Below, in pieces: positions 58,604-64,000 of a stretch of 64,000 bases of DNA. Position 1 is the stretch's first letter; each line of letters starts with the position of its first letter. The stretch lies in contig NBNH01000320.1 of the NCBI GenBank assembly GCA_004379115.1, positions 278-64,277 on the forward strand, given 5' to 3'. Made by a program: the position numbers and the translations under genes. The notes under the pieces were generated by a model, which was given only the letters and a program-made list of their open reading frames with translations, was not told the DNA's origin and made no database searches. Source of the DNA: Actinomycetales bacterium mxb001. GTDB lineage: Bacteria > Actinomycetota > Actinomycetes > S36-B12.

Positions 58604-59080
58604 GTGCTGACGCGCGACGATGCCGGGTCTTCGGAGACCCAGCCTGCCCTGCCGGGCGATGAGCGCTCGCGCGCACGCCGTTTGTTGCCGCCGGTAGCAG
58701 CGGGGCTCGGCGTCCTCGCCGCCACGCTGTTCATTCGCACCGTCGACCCGCATGTGCCGGGCGTGTATCCGCCATGTCCGACGCAGGCGCTGCTCGGACT
58801 CGACTGCCCTGGTTGCGGCGGCCTGCGCGCCACGTACTGCCTGGCACACGGAGATATCTCCGGCGCGCTCGACCACAATCTGCTCTTCGTTCTGCTCGTT
58901 CCCTTGCTGATCGCGGGCTGGGTCGCGTGGATGTACGTCGCGTGGACCGGTCGTCAACCTCTGTCAGACCGCGCGCGCGCCACCGTGGCGCGCGTCCTGC
59001 CTGTCACCCTGGTCGTCGTCTTCACCGTCTACACGATCGTGCGGAATTTCGTGCCCTACCTGGGGTCGGGGGTCGGCTGA
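58604..59080 (+). CDS. DUF2752-like membrane protein
   Basis: 158 aa containing YPPCPTQALLGLDCPGCGGLRA (the Cys-rich N-terminal motif of DUF2752), followed by TM helices. Confidence 0.65.
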   Translation: MLTRDDAGSSETQPALPGDERSRARRLLPPVAAGLGVLAATLFIRTVDPHVPGVYPPCPTQALLGLDCPGCGGLRATYCLAHGDISGALDHNLLFVLLVPLLIAGWVAWMYVAWTGRQPLSDRARATVARVLPVTLVVVFTVYTIVRNFVPYLGSGVG

Positions 59081-59136
59081 GACACCCCGTCTGCGCTGTG
59101 GCACCCTGACCACGTGACGACGATTCAGGCTCGGCG

Positions 59137-59946
59137 ATGAGTGTCCTCGACGACATCATCGCGGGCGTGCGCGCCGATCTTGATGCGCGCATGGAGTCGA
59201 CTCCACTCGACACCCTTAAGGAGTGCGCGGCTCGCAAGCCGGAGCCGCTCGACGCCGAAGCTGTGCTTCGCGAACCCGGTGTCGGAGTCATTGCCGAGGT
59301 CAAGCGGGCGAGCCCGAGCAAGGGCACTCTGGCGACGATCGATGATCCGGCCGAACTCGCCCGCGACTATGAAGCGGGCGGAGCTCGCTGCATCAGCGTC
59401 CTCACCGAAACACGCCGATTCCAGGGAACCCTCGACGATCTTCGCGCGGTGCGCTGCGCCGTCGACATCCCCGTCCTGCGCAAGGACTTCATCGTCACGA
59501 GTTATCAGCTGTGGGAAGCACGCGCCTACGGCGCCGATATCGCACTGCTCATCGTCGCTGCCCTCGACCAAAACGCGCTCGTGAGTCTGGTCGAGCGCAC
59601 CAAGTCTCTGGGCATGACGCCCCTCGTCGAAGTTCACGACGAAGAGGAGGTGCGTCGCGCGGTCGATGCCGGCGCCACCATCATCGGCGTCAATGCGCGG
59701 AATCTGCGTACGCTCGAGGTGGATCGCGACACCTTCGCTCGTGTGGCTCCAGCGATCCCATCCAGTTGCGTGCGCATCGCCGAATCCGGCGTTCGGGGAC
59801 CCCGCGACCTGATCGCCTATGCCGAGGCGGGAGCTGACGCCGTCCTCGTGGGCGAAAGCCTGTCCACGTCGAGCGACCCGCGGGCCGCCGTGCACGATCT
59901 GGTCACCGCGGGATCCCATCCGGCGCTGCGAGGGAGTCGTGGGTAG
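59137..59946 (+). CDS. trpC: Indole-3-glycerol phosphate synthase
   Basis: 269 aa with [23 protein letters not shown] and EVHDEEE. Confidence 0.95.
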   Translation: MSVLDDIIAGVRADLDARMESTPLDTLKECAARKPEPLDAEAVLREPGVGVIAEVKRASPSKGTLATIDDPAELARDYEAGGARCISVLTETRRFQGTLDDLRAVRCAVDIPVLRKDFIVTSYQLWEARAYGADIALLIVAALDQNALVSLVERTKSLGMTPLVEVHDEEEVRRAVDAGATIIGVNARNLRTLEVDRDTFARVAPAIPSSCVRIAESGVRGPRDLIAYAEAGADAVLVGESLSTSSDPRAAVHDLVTAGSHPALRGSRG

Positions 59947-61159
59947 CGAAAGCGACGCCGGTCACTTCGGTCCCTATGGCGGACGGTTCGTGCCGGAGGC
60001 ACTCACCGCGGCCCTCGATGAACTCGACGAGGGATTCCGTTCCGCGCTGGCCGATCCGGCCTTCCTGGCTGAACTGCACCGCCTCGAGCGCGACTACACG
60101 GGGCGTCCGAGTCCGCTGACCGAAGCGGTGCGCTTTGGTCAAGAGCACTGCGCGGGTGCCCGGGTCTACCTCAAGCGCGAGGATCTCAACCACACGGGAT
60201 CACACAAGATCAACAACGTTCTCGGGCAGGCCCTCCTCACCGTGCGCATGGGCAAGAAGCGGGTTATCGCCGAGACTGGGGCTGGCCAGCACGGCGTGGC
60301 GACCGCCACGGCCGCGGCGTTGCTCGGCCTGGAATGCGTCGTGTACATGGGCGAGGAGGACACCCGTCGGCAAGCCCTCAATGTGGTGCGCATGAGGCTG
60401 CTCGGCGCCACAGTCGTCCCCGTTACCGCCGGCAGCCGCACTCTCAAGGACGCCATCAACGAGGCCATGCGCGACTGGGTGACCAGCGTCGACGACACCC
60501 ACTACATCCTCGGGACCGTGACCGGCCCCAGCCCGTTTCCCGACATGGTGCGCACATTCCAGTCCGTCATTGGCCGCGAGGCACGCGAGCAGATGCTGAC
60601 GACCACCGGGCGTCTGCCCGATGCTGTCGCCGCATGCGTCGGTGGCGGATCCAACGCCATGGGCATCTTCACGGCCTTCCTCGACGATGCCGATGTTCAG
60701 CTCTGGGGCTTCGAAGCCGGTGGGGCCGGGGTCTCCACGGGCCGCCACGCGGCGCGGTTCGCCGGGGGATCACCCGGTGTCTTGCACGGAGCGCGCACCT
60801 ACGTCATGCAGGACGAATGGGGGCAGACCGTGCCCTCGCACTCCATCAGCGCAGGCCTGGACTATCCGGGCGTGGGGCCACAGCACGCGTGGTTGCACGA
60901 CTCAGGTCGCGCCCACTATGCCGCGGTCGACGACGACGAGGCCATGCGCGCCTTCGAGGCGCTGTGCCGCACCGAGGGAATCATTCCGGCGATCGAGTCG
61001 GCCCATGCCCTTGCCGGTGTGATGCGCCTCGGGCGTGAACTCGGTCCTGACGCGGCCATACTCGTGAACCTGTCCGGCCGCGGCGACAAGGACGTGGCAA
61101 CCGCTGCCCGCTGGTTTGGCATCGCCGAGGCTCCGGACGAGGCGGCGGAAGGGCGATGA
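59939..61159 (+). CDS. trpB: Tryptophan synthase beta chain
   Basis: GTG at 59939 overlaps the trpC 3' end. It has [13 protein letters not shown], the PLP lysine context [11 protein letters not shown], and GGGSNAMG. Confidence 0.95.
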   Translation: MGSESDAGHFGPYGGRFVPEALTAALDELDEGFRSALADPAFLAELHRLERDYTGRPSPLTEAVRFGQEHCAGARVYLKREDLNHTGSHKINNVLGQALLTVRMGKKRVIAETGAGQHGVATATAAALLGLECVVYMGEEDTRRQALNVVRMRLLGATVVPVTAGSRTLKDAINEAMRDWVTSVDDTHYILGTVTGPSPFPDMVRTFQSVIGREAREQMLTTTGRLPDAVAACVGGGSNAMGIFTAFLDDADVQLWGFEAGGAGVSTGRHAARFAGGSPGVLHGARTYVMQDEWGQTVPSHSISAGLDYPGVGPQHAWLHDSGRAHYAAVDDDEAMRAFEALCRTEGIIPAIESAHALAGVMRLGRELGPDAAILVNLSGRGDKDVATAARWFGIAEAPDEAAEGR

Positions 61160-61959
61160 CCGCCCTGCACGATGCGTTCCGGCGCGCCGACGCCGAGGGG
61201 CGAGCGGCGCTCATCGGCTACCTCCCCGCTGGATTCCCCACGCGCGACGACAGCGTGCGACTCATCGAGGCGATGGTCGACGAGGGGGTCGACATCGTCG
61301 AGGTCGGCCTGCCGTATTCGGATCCCCTCATGGACGGTCCGGTGATCCAGGAGGCCGCCGACACGGCGCTCCAGGCGGGGATGACTCCCGCTGGTGTGCT
61401 CGATGTCGTGGGTCGAGTGGCGTCCACCGGAGCCGCGACGTTGGTGATGTCGTACTGGAATCCCGTCGAGCGCTACGGCGTCGACGCATTCGCCGAGGGG
61501 CTCGCGAAGTCCGGTGGTTGTGGTGTCATCACACCCGACCTCACTCCGGAGGAGGCAGGGGAGTGGACGCGCGCCACCGACGCCCATGACATCGATCGCA
61601 TCTTCCTTGTCGCCCCGTCGTCCACTGACGCGCGCTTGCGCACCGTGGCATCGGCCTGCACGGGGTTTGTGTACGCCGCGTCGACCATGGGCGTGACCGG
61701 CGCGCGTGCGTCCGTGTCGGGTGCGGCGGAGTCCCTGGTATCGCGCGTCCGCTCGGTGACCGATCTTCCCGTCGCCGTCGGCCTGGGCGTCTCCACCGGC
61801 GACCAGGCGGCGGAGATCGCCGAGTACGCCGATGGGGTCATCGTCGGGTCGGCGTTCATTCGCCAGGTCCTCGATGCCGCATCGCCCGCCGAAGCGGAGG
61901 AGCGGGTCCGGCGCCTCGCGGCGGAACTCGCGGCAGGGGTGCGGCGTCGCAGGAAGTGA
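61156..61959 (+). CDS. trpA: Tryptophan synthase alpha chain
   Basis: 267 aa with [25 protein letters not shown] and GFVYAAS. ATGA overlap with trpB. Confidence 0.95.
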   Translation: MTALHDAFRRADAEGRAALIGYLPAGFPTRDDSVRLIEAMVDEGVDIVEVGLPYSDPLMDGPVIQEAADTALQAGMTPAGVLDVVGRVASTGAATLVMSYWNPVERYGVDAFAEGLAKSGGCGVITPDLTPEEAGEWTRATDAHDIDRIFLVAPSSTDARLRTVASACTGFVYAASTMGVTGARASVSGAAESLVSRVRSVTDLPVAVGLGVSTGDQAAEIAEYADGVIVGSAFIRQVLDAASPAEAEERVRRLAAELAAGVRRRRK

Positions 61960-62002
61960 CGCCTGCCCGTAACGTAGGGGCAAGCCCTCAGACCCGGAGG
62001 TT

Positions 62003-62821
62003 GTGAGCAGCATGGCCAAGGACAAGCCCTCTAAGAGCGTTCGCGAGAAGGCCGCGGCCGCCCGAGCGGAGCAGCAGGCCAAGGAAAAGCGCCGCGAGCG
62101 CACGGTGCGCATCATCGGCGCGATCGGCGTCATCGTCGCCGTCGTGGCGATCATTGGCATCGCTGTCTTCGCCTCGCGCTCCGGCAACGGAGGAGGCGAC
62201 GTCAAGCCGCTGCCCAGTCCCGATCCATCCCTCCCCGTTCCCACGGGGGTCTACGACTCGACGGGCGAGGTCCCCTACGGAGTCCCCTACGGCACGGCGC
62301 CCGCGACCGCGCCACTGCTGGAGATCTGGGAGGACTTCCAGTGCCCCGCATGTGGCTCGCTCGAGGCGGTCAACGGTGCGGGCATCCAGTCGCTGGCTCA
62401 GGACGGCAAGGTGCGTCTGGTCTGGCGTCCCACGGCCTTCCTCGACAACAACCTCGGCAACCAGTCGTCCGCACTCGCCATCGCCGCCTGGGGTTGTGCG
62501 ATCGATGCGGGCAAGACGGCCGAGTACCACGACGTGATCTATGCCAACCAGCCGACGGTCGAAGGCGAGGGCTACACGGAGCAGCAGTTGCTCGGGTTCG
62601 CCGAGGAGGTCGGCATCTCCGGCGTGCCGCTCGAGGAGTTCAACACCTGCGTCACGAGCGGGCGATACCTCGGCTGGGCCGTCAACTCGACGCAGGCCTT
62701 CTACGACGCGGAGATCCCCGGCACGCCGGCCGGCTTCCTCAATGGCACGCAGCTCGACGGCGCTCAGCTGGCCGATCAGGCGGGCCTGGAGAAGCTGGTC
62801 GCCGACGCCACGCAGCAGTAG
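62003..62821 (+). CDS. Membrane-anchored DsbA-family thiol:disulfide oxidoreductase
   Basis: 272 aa with an N-terminal TM anchor and the thioredoxin-fold active site FQCPAC. ATG at 62012 is an alternative start. Conserved position between trpA and lgt. Confidence 0.8.
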   Translation: MSSMAKDKPSKSVREKAAAARAEQQAKEKRRERTVRIIGAIGVIVAVVAIIGIAVFASRSGNGGGDVKPLPSPDPSLPVPTGVYDSTGEVPYGVPYGTAPATAPLLEIWEDFQCPACGSLEAVNGAGIQSLAQDGKVRLVWRPTAFLDNNLGNQSSALAIAAWGCAIDAGKTAEYHDVIYANQPTVEGEGYTEQQLLGFAEEVGISGVPLEEFNTCVTSGRYLGWAVNSTQAFYDAEIPGTPAGFLNGTQLDGAQLADQAGLEKLVADATQQ

Positions 62822-62833
62822 TTAGACGCCGAC

Positions 62834-63802
62834 ATGGGTCCACTGCCCGCGTTCATTCCTTCGCCCGACCAGGGCGTGTGGAGTCTTGGGCCGATCCCGA
62901 TTCGCGCCTATGCGTTGCTGATCATCCTCGGGATCGTCGTCGCGGTCGTCGTCGGATCCAAGCGCTATGTGGCGCGCGGTGGCTCCCCGGGCGTCATCGG
63001 TGATATCGCTATCTGGGCGGTGCCCTTCGGCATCATCGGTGGGCGCCTTTACCACGTCGTCACGGACTGGCAGTTGTACTTCGGCCCGGGCGGTTCCGGC
63101 ATCGTCGGTGCGCTGCGCATCTGGGATGGTGGCCTCGGCATCTGGGGTGCGGTCTCACTGGGCGCGCTTGGCGCCTGGATCGGGGCTCGCCGTCTCGGCG
63201 TGGCGCTGCCGCCCATCGGCGACGCCATCGCCCCGGGCATTGCGCTTGCGCAGGCCATCGGACGCTGGGGGAACTGGTTCAATCAGGAACTCTTCGGTGC
63301 ACCGACGACGTTGCCGTGGGCCCTCGAGATCGACCCGCAGTACCGGCCAGCTGGCTACGCCGAGTTCGCGACGTTCCATCCGACCTTCCTCTACGAATCG
63401 CTATGGATGGTGGGCGTCGCACTCGTGCTGATCTGGGCCGACAAGCGCTTCACCATGGGTCACGGTCGGGTGTTCGCGCTCTACGTGCTGCTGTACTGCC
63501 TGGGCCGGGTCTGGATCGAATACCTGCGCATCGACACCGCCAACACGATCCTGGGAGTCCGACTCAACGTCTGGACGTCGATCCTGGTGGCGATCGGTGC
63601 CCTCGTGTACCTCATCGTGTCGTCGCGCCTGCGGCCCGGGCGCGAGGAGGTGACTCCCCCGCGCAAGTACATCGAGCGCGAGGAGCGGCAGCAGGTGCTG
63701 GAGCAGGCGACGGCACCCAAGCCCGCGGCCAAGGTCACCGAGGTCGTCCCCGACGAGGTGCCGCCCCCGGCCGATGGGCCACCTGAGTCCAGGGCCACCT
63801 GA
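62834..63802 (+). CDS. lgt: Prolipoprotein diacylglyceryl transferase
   Basis: 322 aa. Lgt-like sequences are IRAYALLIILGIVVAV, GGRLYHV, GGLGIWGA and RWGNWFNQELFG. Confidence 0.93.
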   Translation: MGPLPAFIPSPDQGVWSLGPIPIRAYALLIILGIVVAVVVGSKRYVARGGSPGVIGDIAIWAVPFGIIGGRLYHVVTDWQLYFGPGGSGIVGALRIWDGGLGIWGAVSLGALGAWIGARRLGVALPPIGDAIAPGIALAQAIGRWGNWFNQELFGAPTTLPWALEIDPQYRPAGYAEFATFHPTFLYESLWMVGVALVLIWADKRFTMGHGRVFALYVLLYCLGRVWIEYLRIDTANTILGVRLNVWTSILVAIGALVYLIVSSRLRPGREEVTPPRKYIEREERQQVLEQATAPKPAAKVTEVVPDEVPPPADGPPESRAT

Positions 63803-63850
63803 ACGTCCGTTCGCCTGGACAGGGTGGCACGGCATCCCTAGATTGCCGAC

Positions 63851-64000
63851 ATGCGCCCCTGGGGAATGAGCGCCGCCTGCGCGCTCGCCTTGGGAATCTC
63901 GCTCCTGGTCGGCTCGGGAGCGCAGGCCGCGTCCCCCGCCGTCGATCAGCCCGCGTCGGCTCCCGCCGGTGAGCCCTGGGTGGTCTCGCTCGGCGACTCC
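63851..64000 (+). CDS. Secreted SGNH/GDSL-type hydrolase, N-terminal fragment (3' end outside the window)
   Basis: The fragment reads MRPWGMSAACALALGISLLVGSGAQAASP...EPWVVSLGDS: a signal peptide followed by the GDS(L) block I serine motif. Confidence 0.55.
   Translation, partial: MRPWGMSAACALALGISLLVGSGAQAASPAVDQPASAPAGEPWVVSLGDS

Overview
This window is chromosomal core from a visibly high-GC Actinomycetota genome. Nearly all of it is coding, and many gene junctions are 4-nt ATGA/GTGA overlaps. I did not recognise any rRNA, tRNA, CRISPR array, transposase or integrase. Gene order: (1) mraZ 3' end, rsmH, ftsL, ftsI, murE, murF, mraY, murD, ftsW, murG, murC, ftsQ. (2) About 8 kb that splits ftsQ from ftsZ. 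It encodes an orphan type-1 solute-binding protein, a multicopper oxidase fused to an FG-GAP propeller, a MacB/LolCDE-like ABC system with two FtsX-type permeases and one ATPase, and an alpha/beta hydrolase. (3) ftsZ, pgeF, yggS/ylmE, sepF, yggT/ylmG, divIVA. (4) On the minus strand, ileS, a UPF0126 membrane protein and a DUF2231-cytochrome b5 fusion. (5) A HAD hydrolase, an acyl-CoA dehydrogenase, an S53 sedolisin-like protease, and a minus-strand mod operon (HTH+TOBE regulator, modA, modB, modC). (6) A DksA/TraR zinc-finger protein with a KKAAPA-repeat tail, lspA, rluD. (7) A NarL-type two-component pair, dnaE, a membrane protein, ybaK, and a Lon N-terminal domain protein. (8) A roughly 16 kb co-directional his-trp string running hisD, hisC, hisB, small ORF, hisH, membrane ORF, priA/hisA, hisF, hisI, trpE, two membrane proteins, an OmpR-type two-component system, DUF2752, trpC, trpB, trpA, a DsbA-like protein, lgt, then the start of a GDSL-type hydrolase. 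The best leads for further work are the module that splits the dcw cluster (especially the oxidase-propeller fusion), the long mraZ-rsmH spacer, the DPxTG-repeat extension of FtsL, the inverted repeat over the mod regulator start codon, the KKAAPA-repeat DksA-like protein, and the two-component system embedded in the trp genes. All family assignments come from reading motifs by eye. No database search was run.
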